Positions 50,387-61,198 are shown, counted from the stretch's first letter. The stretch: 64,000 nucleotides of DNA from an uncultured Actinomycetes bacterium (GCA_963790335.1 CAWBOB010000007.1:508905-572904), one strand, 5' to 3'. Numbers and translations are program-made. The notes: generated from the sequence alone by a model not told the origin.

Positions 50387-51727
50387 CAGGCTTCCAGAGG
50401 GACCAGGGCCTGCATCGCGAGGTCGGGCACGTACGTCCACGACGGCAGGAAGCGCGCCGCGTAGACGTACTCGTGGCACTCCTGCGCGATCTCCAGCGGG
50501 CGCAGCAGGCGTTCGTCGTAGAGCCGGCGGTGCCCGCGCGCATCGAGCTCGCGCACGTAGGCCCGCAGGAACGCCGCCCGCGACGCACCGATCCACGCGT
50601 CGATCGCGGCGTCACGTCCCGGTTTGCGCCTCGTCGCGATGCGTCCGAGGTGGTCGATCGACCGCACGAACGCCGCGACGTCGCGCACCGGCGTGTCGAG
50701 CGCTCCGTGCTCGCCGGGCGAGGACAGCGGGTTGCCGTCGAAGTCGGTGATCGCGAAGCCGTCTCGCCACTCGAGCACCTGTCCCACGTGGAAGTCGCCA
50801 TGGATCCGCATCACGACCGGACCCGCATCCCCGGCCCGGGTCTCGCCGAGGCGGTCGAGCTCGGCGCGGATCGCGGGCTCGCGCGCGGCGAGCCGCGCTC
50901 CCTCGGCCCCCCCGGTGAGCGCGAGCGCCTGGTCGGCCACGGCGTGGGCGGCGGCCCGCCACGACCCGACGACCCCGGCGTCGGCCGTCGCGGTCGGCGC
51001 CGGTGCGAGCTCTGTCGCCGAGGCCAGCGCCGCGTGCATGTGGGCGGCCAGCGCACCGAGCACCGCAGCGGGCTCAGACATGATCTCGTCCTCGCTCACC
51101 GGCCCCCCCTCGCCGTCGAGCCGGGTGAGCAGCCGGTGCAGGTACCAGTCCCATCCGTCGCGCGCCTCGGGCAGATAGGTCGATGCCGTCGCCAGCACCC
51201 ATCGACGGTCGTCGTCGTCGCGCCAGTGCACGGAGCCCAGCGGGGCCGGGATCGACGTGAACCCGGCGGCCGAGAGGCGGGCGGGCAGGCCCGCGTCGGC
51301 GGTTGCGGCACCGCCGGTCCTCGGGTAGAGCTTCACGACGACCCCCTCCCCCACCACTACGGACTCGTTCGACTGATCGACGTCGATCGCGTGTTCGCCG
51401 CCCCCGGCCGGCACCCGCCCGGCGCGCTCCATCGGCTCGAACGAGAATCGGCCGTCGGCGCCACCGGCAGCCAGCCGTGAGAGCAGGCGCTCGAACGCCC
51501 CATCGCCCGGCTCGGCTCGACGCAGGTCGCCATCGGAGCCCACCACCACCGGTGCCACCAACAGCCCCTGCGCGATCGACGACGACCAGGAGGAGCAGCC
51601 CGTCGCCGAGCTCGAGCGAGTCGCGCACCTCGACCCGGCCCGTTGCCTCGGGGGCCGAGGCGGACCGGCGCGGAGGCAACAGCGCCGTGGCGTCGAGCGC
51701 CTCCACGCGCCGGGCCGGACCGCCCAC
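50386..51727 (-). CDS. Maltokinase/GlcN-kinase-like sugar kinase (aminoglycoside-phosphotransferase fold); apparent frameshift near 51560
   Basis: C-terminal kinase core (RIHGDFHVGQVL, DGFAITDFDGNP). N-terminal cap domain in the frame of ORF 51074..51727. GTG 51727 is 3 nt after the GT1 stop. Confidence 0.55.
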
Positions 51728-51730
51728 CGC

Positions 51731-53038
51731 CTATCCCGAGACCGGCTCGCCCGTGATCGCCACCTGCTCGATCAGGTCGGCGCCGCGCACACGGCCCGGG
51801 TCGGCCTGGATGCGCTCGGCGTTGCGCCGCATGCGAGCCCGCAGGTCGTCGTCGGCGAGCAGCCGATCGACCGTGCCGATCAGCTCGTCGTCGCTCCAGT
51901 CGTAGGTTGGCAGCCGCTCGCCGAACCCCGTCTCCCGCAGGCGCTGGGCGTTGTCGTACTGGTCCCAGAACAAGGGCAGGCCGATCATCGGCAGCCCGAA
52001 ATGGAAGCCCTCGCACACCGTGTTGTTGCCGCCGTGCGTGATGAGCAGATCGCACTGCGGAAGGATCGACGGCTGCGGCAGGAACTGCCCGCCGTACATG
52101 TTCGAGCCGAGCGTCATCTGTTCGTGGAGCGGACCCATCGAGACGATGGTTCGGTGCTCGGTCTTCGCCAGTGCGTCGATGAGCCGCTGCATCAAGCCGA
52201 CGTCCATGCACCCGAGCGATCCGAGCGACAGGTAGACCACCTTGCCGTCGCCCGGCACGTGCTCGTCCACGTCGAAGGCTTCCTCGTTGGTGCGCACCGT
52301 CGAGTTGAGGCGATGCCAGCTCGGGTCGAGCGGCACCGAGCGCGGGTAGTCGGCGACCTCGGGGAACAGGTACATGTTGAGCCACGGCGAGTGCGTGTTG
52401 AACTCGTCGGGCGGGCACGCCGCCACCCCCACCGACTCGCGGAACCCGTTGTGCTCGGCCAGCAGCTCCTCGTGCTGGCGGTGGTACTCGTCGGCGAACG
52501 CCTGCCACTGGCTGCGGTCGTCGATCGGCAGACCCGAGAGCACCGGGGGAAGGTCGGGGTCGCGCATCTCCAGCGGGTTCGCCGACACGAACCGCACCCA
52601 CGGGCACCCAGCCAGCTCGATCGCCGCGTAGCCCGTCACGTTGTCGGTGCACACGACGTCGGGCCGCACGTCGGCCCAGATCTCCATGAGCCGGTCGTGC
52701 GAGTAGCGCTCGCCGGCCACGAGCGCCTCCCAGATCGGCTTCGTGACCGTCTCGATCTGCTCGATCGTGGGCTTTCGGAACTCGGGCGCCGTGACCCTGA
52801 TGAACTCCGCCCACGGGTCGGCGGTCGGGTCGGCGTTCTCCTCGGGGGGGGCCATGCGCATCATGCGTTCCTCGAACCCGCGCTTCGTCAGCTCGCCCTC
52901 GAACGACTCGTCGACCACGAACACGATGCGGTGGCCGCGCTCGGCCAGCACGTTCGCGATCGCAACGCAGTTGTTGGTGGGCCCCCACGCGCCGGGCTCC
53001 GGGAAGAAGGCGATCGTCTTGGCGTCGGTCTTCGTCAT
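51731..53038 (-). CDS. Glycosyltransferase family 1 (UDP-glycosyltransferase/MGT-like)
   Basis: GT-B fold with a UDP-sugar binding C-terminus (HGGNNTVCEGFHFGLPMIGLPLFWDQYDNAQR). Confidence 0.7.
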   Translation of the reverse strand: MTKTDAKTIAFFPEPGAWGPTNNCVAIANVLAERGHRIVFVVDESFEGELTKRGFEERMMRMAPPEENADPTADPWAEFIRVTAPEFRKPTIEQIETVTKPIWEALVAGERYSHDRLMEIWADVRPDVVCTDNVTGYAAIELAGCPWVRFVSANPLEMRDPDLPPVLSGLPIDDRSQWQAFADEYHRQHEELLAEHNGFRESVGVAACPPDEFNTHSPWLNMYLFPEVADYPRSVPLDPSWHRLNSTVRTNEEAFDVDEHVPGDGKVVYLSLGSLGCMDVGLMQRLIDALAKTEHRTIVSMGPLHEQMTLGSNMYGGQFLPQPSILPQCDLLITHGGNNTVCEGFHFGLPMIGLPLFWDQYDNAQRLRETGFGERLPTYDWSDDELIGTVDRLLADDDLRARMRRNAERIQADPGRVRGADLIEQVAITGEPVSG

Positions 53039-53134
53039 GCCTCTCGCTCCTTTCGGCGGCGCCGGGACTATGCCACAGCCGGCGTCGTAGGATGGCGCAA
53101 CCTCGACCCCTCGACTCCTGCAGGAGGATCGCCA

Positions 53135-54698
53135 GTGTCTGGTTCCACTCGACGTCGCCCGCTCGTCTCACTCGCGTCGACGACCCTTGCGCTGTGCCTG
53201 TCGATGCAGCTGATCGCATCGCTCGGCGCCCCCGTCGCTGCCGAGCCCGCCCGGCGCGGACTCGCCCCCGCGACGCCGGAGCTCATCGACCGTGCCGTGC
53301 GCCGCGGCGTGATCTCCGAGGCGCGTGGGGCGCTCTTCCTCACGTGGGCGCTCTCGGAACCCGCGCGTCTCCCCGAGGCGTACGTGAGCGGCACCCCGTG
53401 GTCGGGCACGCTGCCCCTGCTGCGGTTGCGCGAGCGCCTGGCCACGCTGGGGCACGCACCGGCCGCCGTGGCCGCGCGCGCGGCGCTGCGCGGACAGTCC
53501 TTCGCATGCCCCGGCACGCGCGGACGGCTCCCGCATCGGCGGGTCACCGAGCACTTCCTCATCCAGTACAAGGCTTCGGCGCTCCGGGGCCTCGCCATCC
53601 GCAAGTACGCGGGCGCGCTGGAGTCATCGTGGAGAACCGAGATCACCAGGTTCGGCTGGGCCAGGCCTCCCCGCGATCCGGTGAGCTACCCGGCCGGCGG
53701 GCGCTACCCAGTGCGTATCGAGGACCTCGGCACCGGGCTATACGGATACGTGGCCAGCACGCGGTTCGCCGGCAACAATCCCGCGACCTCATGGAACGAC
53801 CGCGACGCGCTCGCGAGCTGCATGGTGCTCAACCGCAACTTCGGTCCGTTCCCCGGAAGCCCGCTCGACGCCCTGCGCGCCACATCGGCGCACGAGTTCA
53901 ACCATGCGATCCAGTTCGGCTACGGTGCGCTCACCGGCTACGGCAAGGTGACCGGCCTCTTGGTCGAGGGGCTCGCGACCGAGATGGAGGACGAGGTCTT
54001 CGACACCTCCAACGACAGCACAACTACCTGTGGCCGGACTTCCTCCTGCCGATGGGCTACTACCAGAAGCAGCCGTACCCGTACTGGGTCGTGTTCCGCG
54101 CCATGGTCGAGCGCTACGGCGAGGGCCGTCGCAACGGAGCGGAAGCCATCTACCAGGTCGTCTGGGAACAGATCAGCAAAGGGGCGAGCACGAACCTCGC
54201 GGCCCTCGCCAAGGGGTTCAGGGTCAAGAACACCACGCTGCCGACCGCCTACCACAACGCATCGATCGCCTTGCGGTTCCTGGTGAACTGCGCCACGACC
54301 TGCGATGCCTACTGCCTCGAGGAAGGCCCCAGCTACGTGGCCGCTGCCGGTGGAAACCGGAATCACGCCAGCGTGGGCGCCGTAGCTGCCACGCTCTCAC
54401 GGCAGATCGCGAACGACTACGCGCTCAACTGGATCGGTCTCCCGGTCGGCGCGCCGTTCACCCTCACCGTGACCCACGACGGCGGCGCCGGCGTACTCAA
54501 AGTCAGCATGGCATGCCGCACCGGCAAGACGCGTCACGGTCACCCCCGTCGGCACCGCGACGTCGACAGCCGACGCGAACGCCACCGGTCGACCCGAGCA
54601 CGTGCGACGCGGCGACCGCCGTGATCTCGAACGTGAAGCAGACCTCGCCCACCCCGAACTCGATCACGAGGACCGACTACACGATCTCGACCGCGTAA
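53135..54698 (+). CDS. Secreted HExxH zinc metalloprotease-like protein; two apparent frameshifts (about 54010, about 54535)
   Basis: Signal peptide after GTG (GGAGGA RBS). HEFNH motif. Body continues in ORF 53092..54624 and the tail in the frame ending at 54698. Confidence 0.45.
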
Positions 54699-54738
54699 CA
54701 CCGGGGCGGATCAGTCCGGTCGCGTCAGGCCCGCCTGA

Positions 54739-55696
54739 TCAGGCCTGGCCGATGGGGTCGCTCGAGATGTCGCCGCGCACGGGCCCGAGCGACTCGCCGA
54801 GCTTCGCGGCGACGCGATCGATGCGCGCGAGGTAGGCGTAGATCTCGTCGCGCAGCTCCTTGGCCCGGTCGTTGAGGCCCTGCAGGTCGGCGAGCTTCCA
54901 GTGCTTGTCGAGGATCGGCCGCACCACCTGGTCGTGATGGATCCGCAGGTTGTAGATGCCCACCTGCGCCATGGCCTTGGCCTTCTCGCGGAACCCGGCG
55001 ATGCCCACGCCCGGCATGGCGAAGTTCGTGATCTGGCGATGCATCGCCTCGACCATGGCGCTGGGGTCGAGCTCGATCGCGCCCATCGCCATGTCGCGGT
55101 AGAAGACGTAGTGCAGGTTCTCGTCGGTCGCGACGCGGGAGCAGAGCTTCTCGGCGGTCTCGTCGTCGGTGATGGCTCCGGTGTTGCGGTGTGAGATACG
55201 GGTCGCCAGCTCCTGGATGGTCGTGAACACGATGCCGTCGAGCGGCCCCTGCTCGCTGAAGGCCGGGTACCAGCCCGCCCATCGCCTGGTCCATGCGGCC
55301 GCGCTCGAGGATCACGGGGTCGACGCCGCGGGTCACGGTGAGGTAGTCACGGATCACGATCGCGTGGCGGCCTTCCTCGGCGGTCCAGCGCCGCACCCAC
55401 TCGCCCCAGGCTTCCTTGTCGCCGAAGGTGCGCCAGAGCGCCAGGTGGTAGTAGGGAAGGTTGTCCTCGGTGAGCAGGTTCACCTCGAGCGCCGTCTGGG
55501 CCACGTCGGGCAGGCGCGAGTCCGAGGCTTCCCACGGCTCCTTGACGAAGTTGCGGCCCTCTTCGTACGGAACGTAGTCGTGCGGCATCCACTCGGTGGT
55601 GGTGGCGACGTGGCGATCGAGCGCCGTTCCCACCTGGGGCATCAGCTCGTGCAGGATCGCTTCGTTCGAGAGCTGCTCGCCGCGGGGTGGGGTCAT
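54739..55696 (-). CDS. desA: Acyl-ACP desaturase (soluble di-iron stearoyl-ACP desaturase family, DesA-like); apparent frameshift near 55240
   Basis: Di-iron ligand motifs (EDNLPYYHLALWR, WTAEEGRHAIVIRDYL, DENLHYVFYRDMA). GAGGAG RBS before ATG 55696. Confidence 0.6.
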
Positions 55697-55922
55697 GTGC
55701 TCGCTCCTCATCGTTCCGGTCGCCCGACTGTGGTGCATCGGTTCGGAACCGGAACCTCTGCAAGGGCGCTGCCACCATGACCGCTCTGCCCCGAGGGAGT
55801 AGCGGATCGCCCTCAAGGGTACAGCGTGGGGACCGCGAGCGTGCGCATGCCCCGCGACGGCGTGCATCCGAGCGGGTTCGGAGCGCGAAGAAGGTGTCGC
55901 ACATCACGGATGGGAGCACACG

Positions 55923-57254
55923 GTGCGGATCGCGATCGTCGGAAGCGGCATCTCGGGACTCGGCGCGGCGTGGGCGCTCTCCCGTCAGCAGCACCACGTG
56001 GTCCTCTACGAACGCGAGGACCAGGCAGGCGGACACGCGAACACCCACGAGGTCGAGGATCGCGGGCGCATCGTGCCGGTCGACACCGGCTTCATCGTCT
56101 ACAACGAGCGGAACTATCCGAACCTGGTGCGGTTGTTCGAAGCCCTCGGGGTCGCGACCGAGCCGAGCGACATGTCCTTCTCGGTCTCCGTCGCCCGGGG
56201 CGCCTTCGAGTACCGGGCTCGCACGCTCGGCCTCGCGGCCCAGCCCTCGAACCTGGCGCGTCCCTCCTACCTGCGCATGGTGCGCGAGATCGTGCGGTTC
56301 AGCCGCGACGCCAAGGCGCTCGTGGGCGCGCCCACGACCGAGACGACCGGGGACTGGCTCGAGCGCACCGGGTACTCACCGGCGTTCCGTCACGACTTCC
56401 TGCTGCCCATGGTGGCGTGCATCTGGTCATCGAGCCTGCACGAGATGCTCGCGATGCCGGTGCGCACGATGGCGGCGTTCCTCGACAACCATGGGCTGCT
56501 CGACCTCGGAGACCGCCCGCAGTGGCGCACGGTCACCGGTGGAAGCCGCGAGTACGTCCGCCGGATCGTGGCGGGCATCGACGAGGTGCGGACCGGGGCG
56601 CCGGTGGTCTCGATCACGCGGGAAGGATCCGACGGCGTGCTGGTGCGAGATGCGACCGGACGCGTCGAGCGGTTCGACCACCTGGTGCTCGCGACCCACG
56701 CCGATACCGCGCTCGAGATCCTGGGCGGCGACGCCACGCGCGACGAGCGCCGGCTGCTCTCGTGCTTCCGGTACCAGCGCAACGTCGCCGTGCTGCACCG
56801 TGATCCTGCGTTCATGCCGAAGCGGCGGCGGGCGTGGTCGAGCTGGAACTACCTCGCCCCCGAGCGGGTGCGATCCGCGAGCGGCGGCGATGGCGGCGTG
56901 TCACTCACCTACTGGATGAACCTGTTGCAGAACCTCGACACCGAGCGGCCGGTGCTCGTGACGCTGAACCCGTTCGATGAACCGCGCGATAGCACCGGCT
57001 CGTTCGTCTATCACCATCCGCAGTACGACCGAGCCGCGGTCGAGGCGCAGGCGGAGCTGTCCTCGCTGCAGGGCACGAGGCGCACCTGGTTCTGCGGAAG
57101 CTACTTCGGACATGGATTCCACGAGGACGGGCTCCGGTCGGGGCTGGCCGTCGCGGCGGCGCTCGGCGCCCCGCCCCCATGGGCGCCTGATCACGACACG
57201 GTCGCCCGGCCCGATGCGACCGGCATCCCGGCGCTCACGGGCACACGACCATGA
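55923..57254 (+). CDS. FAD/NAD(P)-binding amine-oxidase-like oxidoreductase (CrtI/COQ-like; the oxidoreductase of the CFA-synthase-associated operon)
   Basis: Dinucleotide-binding N-terminus MRIAIVGSGISGLGAAWAL. 443 aa. Confidence 0.65.
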   Translation: MRIAIVGSGISGLGAAWALSRQQHHVVLYEREDQAGGHANTHEVEDRGRIVPVDTGFIVYNERNYPNLVRLFEALGVATEPSDMSFSVSVARGAFEYRARTLGLAAQPSNLARPSYLRMVREIVRFSRDAKALVGAPTTETTGDWLERTGYSPAFRHDFLLPMVACIWSSSLHEMLAMPVRTMAAFLDNHGLLDLGDRPQWRTVTGGSREYVRRIVAGIDEVRTGAPVVSITREGSDGVLVRDATGRVERFDHLVLATHADTALEILGGDATRDERRLLSCFRYQRNVAVLHRDPAFMPKRRRAWSSWNYLAPERVRSASGGDGGVSLTYWMNLLQNLDTERPVLVTLNPFDEPRDSTGSFVYHHPQYDRAAVEAQAELSSLQGTRRTWFCGSYFGHGFHEDGLRSGLAVAAALGAPPPWAPDHDTVARPDATGIPALTGTRP

Positions 57255-58054
57255 ACAGCGGCCTCTTCGTCGGCACCGTGATGCACGAGCGATCGTTCCC
57301 CCGACGGCATCGGCTCTCGTACCGGGTCTGGTACCTGCTCGTCGACCTCGACGAGCTGCCGGAGCTCGACCGCCGTGTGACGGGGTTCGGACACAATCGC
57401 CCGGCGCCGGTGAGCGTGCACGACGCCGACCACGGCGCGCGCGACGGCTCGCCCCTTCGCCCCTGGATCGATGCACGGCTCGCCGAGGCCGGCGTCGACC
57501 TCGAGGGCGGCGCGGTGCGGTTGCTCACGTTCCCGCGCATCTTCGGCTACGTGTTCAACCCGATCTCGGTCTGGTTCTGCCACGGACCCGATGACGACCT
57601 GCGTGCGATCCTCTACGAGGTCTCGAACACGTTCGGTGAATGGCACGACTACCTGGTGCCGGTCGCCCCCGGCGACGTGACCGGCAACGGCCGCGCGCGC
57701 AGCCTGCGAACCGTCTTCGACAAGCAGCTCTACGTCTCGCCCTTCATCGACATGGCCGCGAGCTACGACTTCACGACCCGCGTGCCCGACGAGCGGGTCT
57801 CGGTCGTGGTGCGGGAGACCGCGGCCGGCGGGCGGGTGCTGGTGGCGACGCTGGGTGCCACCCGCCGGCCGCTCACCGGGCGCGGGCTCGCATCGGTGCT
57901 CGCTCGGTACCCGCTGCTGACCCTGAAGGTGATCGGCGGCATCCACTGGGAAGCGGCGAAGCTGCGGCTCAAGGGCGCTCCCTACCGCCGGCGGGGGGCG
58001 CCGCCTGCCTCGACGATGACCGTCGTCGACCATCGGGATAGGGTCGGCACATGA
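57251..58054 (+). CDS. DUF1365 family protein
   Basis: N-terminus MNSGLFVGTVMHERSFPRRHRLSYRVWYLLVDLDEL is typical of DUF1365. The start overlaps the upstream stop (ATGA). Confidence 0.65.
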   Translation: MNSGLFVGTVMHERSFPRRHRLSYRVWYLLVDLDELPELDRRVTGFGHNRPAPVSVHDADHGARDGSPLRPWIDARLAEAGVDLEGGAVRLLTFPRIFGYVFNPISVWFCHGPDDDLRAILYEVSNTFGEWHDYLVPVAPGDVTGNGRARSLRTVFDKQLYVSPFIDMAASYDFTTRVPDERVSVVVRETAAGGRVLVATLGATRRPLTGRGLASVLARYPLLTLKVIGGIHWEAAKLRLKGAPYRRRGAPPASTMTVVDHRDRVGT

Positions 58055-59241
58055 ACGGGCTGGCCGGGGCCGCCGAGCGACGCATCCTCGAGATCGTGGG
58101 GAGCCGTGTGCGCGCAGGGCGGGCATCGATCACGCTTCCCGACGGCACCCACCGCACGTTCGAAGGGCACCACCCTGGCCCCGCTGCACACGTGACGCTG
58201 CACCGCTGGCGGCCGCTTCGGCTGGTGACGACGACGGGCGCGATCGGACTCGCCGACGCGTACGTACGCGGCGACTACGACGTCGACGACCTCGAGGCGT
58301 TCCTGGAGCTCTGCGCCCTGCACCTGGAGCCCGCCTTCCACGAGCCGGTGCCGGGCTGGCTGCATGCGCTGGGCCGGACCGCATGGAAGCTGCTCGGCGA
58401 CCCCGCGCGCCCGCGTGGCCCCCTCACCGACATCGTGCAGCACTACGACCTCGGCAACGAGTTCTACGGAGCGTGGCTCGACGAGACGATGACCTACTCC
58501 TCGGCGGTGTTCGCACGCGACGACATGACGCTCGCCGAGGCGCAGCGCGAGAAGTATCGGCGGCTCGCAGCCACGACAGGCGTGCAGCCGGGCGAGCGGG
58601 TGCTCGAGATCGGGTCGGGCTGGGGCGCGTTCGCGGTCTACCTCGCGACGGAGCTCGACTGCCACGTCACGACGGTCACGATCTCGAAGGAACAGCACGA
58701 GTACGTCGAGAAGCTCGTCGTCGAGCACGGACTGGTGGATCGTGTGGAGGCCCGCCTGCAGGACTTCCGTCTGGTCGACGGTACCTACGACCGCATCGTG
58801 TCGATCGAGATGATGGAGTCGGTGCCCCAGCGGCTCTGGCGGCCCTTCTTCCGACAGCTGCGTGACCGGGTGCAGGCGCACGGCTCGATCGGACTCCAGC
58901 TGATCGTCGTCGCCGACCATCACTGGCGCGACTCCGACGAGCATCCCGACTTCGTGCGGCGCTACATCTTCCCTGGCGGGCAGGTGCCCTCGCCGTCGGT
59001 GCTGCACGATCTCGCGTCGGAACATGGCTTCGTCTGGCGTGAGGACCGCGGCTTCGGCGCCTCGTACACGCGCACCCTCGCCGGATGGCTCGAGGCGTTC
59101 GACGCCGCGTGGCCGAGCATCGAGCGGATGGGCTTCGACGAACGGTTCCGGCGCATGTGGCGCTACTACCTCGCCTACTGCGGAGCGGGATTCGCGAGCG
59201 GACGCACCGACGTTCGCCAGATCGTGCTCGACCCCGTCTGA
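58051..59241 (+). CDS. cfa: Cyclopropane-fatty-acyl-phospholipid synthase family SAM-dependent methyltransferase
   Basis: SAM-binding VLEIGSGWGAFAVYLA. C-terminal signature ...YLAYCGAGFASGRTDVRQIVL. The start overlaps the DUF1365 stop. Confidence 0.8.
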   Translation: MNGLAGAAERRILEIVGSRVRAGRASITLPDGTHRTFEGHHPGPAAHVTLHRWRPLRLVTTTGAIGLADAYVRGDYDVDDLEAFLELCALHLEPAFHEPVPGWLHALGRTAWKLLGDPARPRGPLTDIVQHYDLGNEFYGAWLDETMTYSSAVFARDDMTLAEAQREKYRRLAATTGVQPGERVLEIGSGWGAFAVYLATELDCHVTTVTISKEQHEYVEKLVVEHGLVDRVEARLQDFRLVDGTYDRIVSIEMMESVPQRLWRPFFRQLRDRVQAHGSIGLQLIVVADHHWRDSDEHPDFVRRYIFPGGQVPSPSVLHDLASEHGFVWREDRGFGASYTRTLAGWLEAFDAAWPSIERMGFDERFRRMWRYYLAYCGAGFASGRTDVRQIVLDPV

Positions 59242-59378
59242 GGAGCCTGGCGCGCGCCGACCCTTGTCGGAACGCACCCTCACGCCGAGCGGGGGTTGAC
59301 ACGTCCGCGGTCGGCGGTGAAAGCTCGTGGTCAGCACGGTGGCCCCCCGAGCGAACCGTGCCCGAGGGGAAAGGATCG

Positions 59379-60041
59379 ATGATGAGCGATCGTGGATCGT
59401 CGTTGCATCAGGACGCACGCACGAAGAGCCGCGGCAGGATCGCGGTCGCCATACTGCCGGTCGTCCTGCTCGTCGGGCTCTTGGCCAGCACCGGTCCAGT
59501 GGCTGCCGGCGAAGGCGAGGAGCCGCCGGGTGACTCCGACAGCGGAGTGTTCGGCCCAGGTGAGTCGCTGACGACGGTGCGCGGCAGCGCCTCGAATCCA
59601 GTCAACCGCGACGACCCCTTCGCGATCGAGCTGACGAACGTCAGCGACGGGGTTCTGGTCGGAACCATCGAGGAGGATGAGTGTGACGGCTCGCAGCCCG
59701 AACCCCTCTGCAGCCAGCCGAGACTCGGGGGTAAGGCGGGAGACTTCCAGTTCACGCCGTTCGTTCCGCCGTCGGAGACCGCAGAGGTGTACGGCGGCGA
59801 GGGTCCGGCCGAGCCGGTCGTGATCGCGAAGCTCTTCTACAACAAGAACCTCGTCCGCCGAGCCGACGGGCTGAGGATCCTCTACGAGAAGATCTTCGGA
59901 GGACCGGTGGTTCGCCTGCCGAACTGTGATGACGACGGCGATGGTCCGACCACCGAGTGCTACAGCGCGAGGAAGCTCGGCAGTGGCGACCAGGTCATCC
60001 GCATACCGCTGCAGTTCGACCCGAGGTTCACGCGCGGCTGA
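59379..60041 (+). CDS. Secreted hypothetical protein (Cys-containing, acidic)
   Basis: Signal peptide/TM (RIAVAILPVVLLVGLLASTGPVAAG). GGGGAAAGGA RBS. Confidence 0.45.
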   Translation: MMSDRGSSLHQDARTKSRGRIAVAILPVVLLVGLLASTGPVAAGEGEEPPGDSDSGVFGPGESLTTVRGSASNPVNRDDPFAIELTNVSDGVLVGTIEEDECDGSQPEPLCSQPRLGGKAGDFQFTPFVPPSETAEVYGGEGPAEPVVIAKLFYNKNLVRRADGLRILYEKIFGGPVVRLPNCDDDGDGPTTECYSARKLGSGDQVIRIPLQFDPRFTRG

Positions 60042-60058
60042 ACGTCTCGGATCGCGGG

Positions 60059-60142
60059 TGCCCGGGGTGGGGGTCGAACCCACACGCCCTTTCGGGCCGG
60101 CGCTTTTAAGGCGCCTCCGTCTACCGATTCCGGCACCCGGGC
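60059..60142 (-). tRNA. tRNA-Leu (anticodon TAA)
   Basis: Reverse complement GCCCGGGTGCCGGAATCGGTAGACGGAGGCGCCTTAAAAGCGCC...GGGTTCGACCCCCACCCCGGGCA. 7-bp acceptor stem, long variable arm, anticodon loop CTTAAAA and T-loop GGTTCGA. Confidence 0.85.
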
Positions 60143-60202
60143 CGCGATCGATGGTAGCGGTCGGGCGGCCGGCCTCGCAGCGGTGGCTCGTACCATCGGT
60201 GC

Positions 60203-61198
60203 ATGCGAGATCTGCGCACCCTTCCGAAGGCAGAGCTGCACGTGCACCTCGAAGGGGCGATGCGCATCCCGACCGTGCTCGAGCTCGCCGATCGCAACGG
60301 CGTATCGCCACCCGCAGGGCTCCACAGCGAGCAGTGGCGCTTCGACGGTTTCCTCGACTTCATCGATCAGTACATCGCGCTCTGCGGCCTCATGACCGAG
60401 CTCGACGACTTCCGGCGACTCGGTGTCGAGGTCACGCAGGACCTCGCCGCCAACGGCGTGCGGTACGCCGAGGCGGTGTTCACGCCGGCGGCGCATGCTG
60501 CGGCGTTCGGTGACGACTGGACGTCGCCGATCGAGGCGCTGCTCGACGGCCTCGCGGCGGGCGAACGCGAGCACGGCACCATCGTTCGCGTCACGCCCGA
60601 CGTGGTGCGCGATCTCGGTCTCGCGGCGGCGGAGCGGACGCTCGAGGTCGCTCTGAAGTTCGCCGGCGCCGGCGTGGTCGGGCTGAACTGCGCCGGGAGC
60701 GAACGCAGCGACATCACCCCGTTCGCCGACGTCTTCCGCAGGGCCAAGGATGCAGGGCTCCGATCGGTGCCACACGCCGGCGAGTGGGCCGGACCCGAGA
60801 ACGTGTGGCAGACGCTCGAGCACTTCCTGCCCGACCGCATCGGGCACGGCGTGCGCTCGATCGACGATGCCCGGCTGGTGGAACGCCTCGCCGCCGACGC
60901 GATCCCGCTCGAGGTCTCCCCCGTCTCCAACGTCGCGACCGGCGTCTACCCGTCGCTCGAGGCCCACCCGTTCCTGCGTCTGCGCGAGGCAGGCGTGATC
61001 GTCACGCTGAACTCCGACGACCCGCCGATGTTCGGAGCGTGGCTCACCGACGTCTACGAGGCGGCCCGTTCGGCCTGGCACCTGTCCGACGAGGAACTCG
61101 CCGAGCTGGCCCGTCAGAGCGTGCGGTCGTCGTTCGCCGGTGAGGGAACGAAGGCCGCGATCACTCGCGACATCGATACCTGGCTCATTACGGCCTGA
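60203..61198 (+). CDS. add: Adenosine deaminase
   Basis: LPKAELHVHLEGA zinc-binding N-terminus, SLNSDDPPMFG-type C-terminal motif (VTLNSDDPPMFGA). 331 aa. Confidence 0.85.
   Translation: MRDLRTLPKAELHVHLEGAMRIPTVLELADRNGVSPPAGLHSEQWRFDGFLDFIDQYIALCGLMTELDDFRRLGVEVTQDLAANGVRYAEAVFTPAAHAAAFGDDWTSPIEALLDGLAAGEREHGTIVRVTPDVVRDLGLAAAERTLEVALKFAGAGVVGLNCAGSERSDITPFADVFRRAKDAGLRSVPHAGEWAGPENVWQTLEHFLPDRIGHGVRSIDDARLVERLAADAIPLEVSPVSNVATGVYPSLEAHPFLRLREAGVIVTLNSDDPPMFGAWLTDVYEAARSAWHLSDEELAELARQSVRSSFAGEGTKAAITRDIDTWLITA

Noticed and set aside
52001-54286. 761-aa plus-strand ORF spanning the GT1 gene (antisense) and the metalloprotease
   Set aside because: The first 380 residues are antisense to a well-supported GT1 gene. 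The real gene begins at GTG 53135, with RBS and signal peptide.
60059-60142. tRNA-Leu as a genomic-island integration site
   Set aside because: Flanking genes (secreted hypothetical, adenosine deaminase) are ordinary. There is no integrase, no direct repeat of the tRNA 3' end, and no GC shift nearby.
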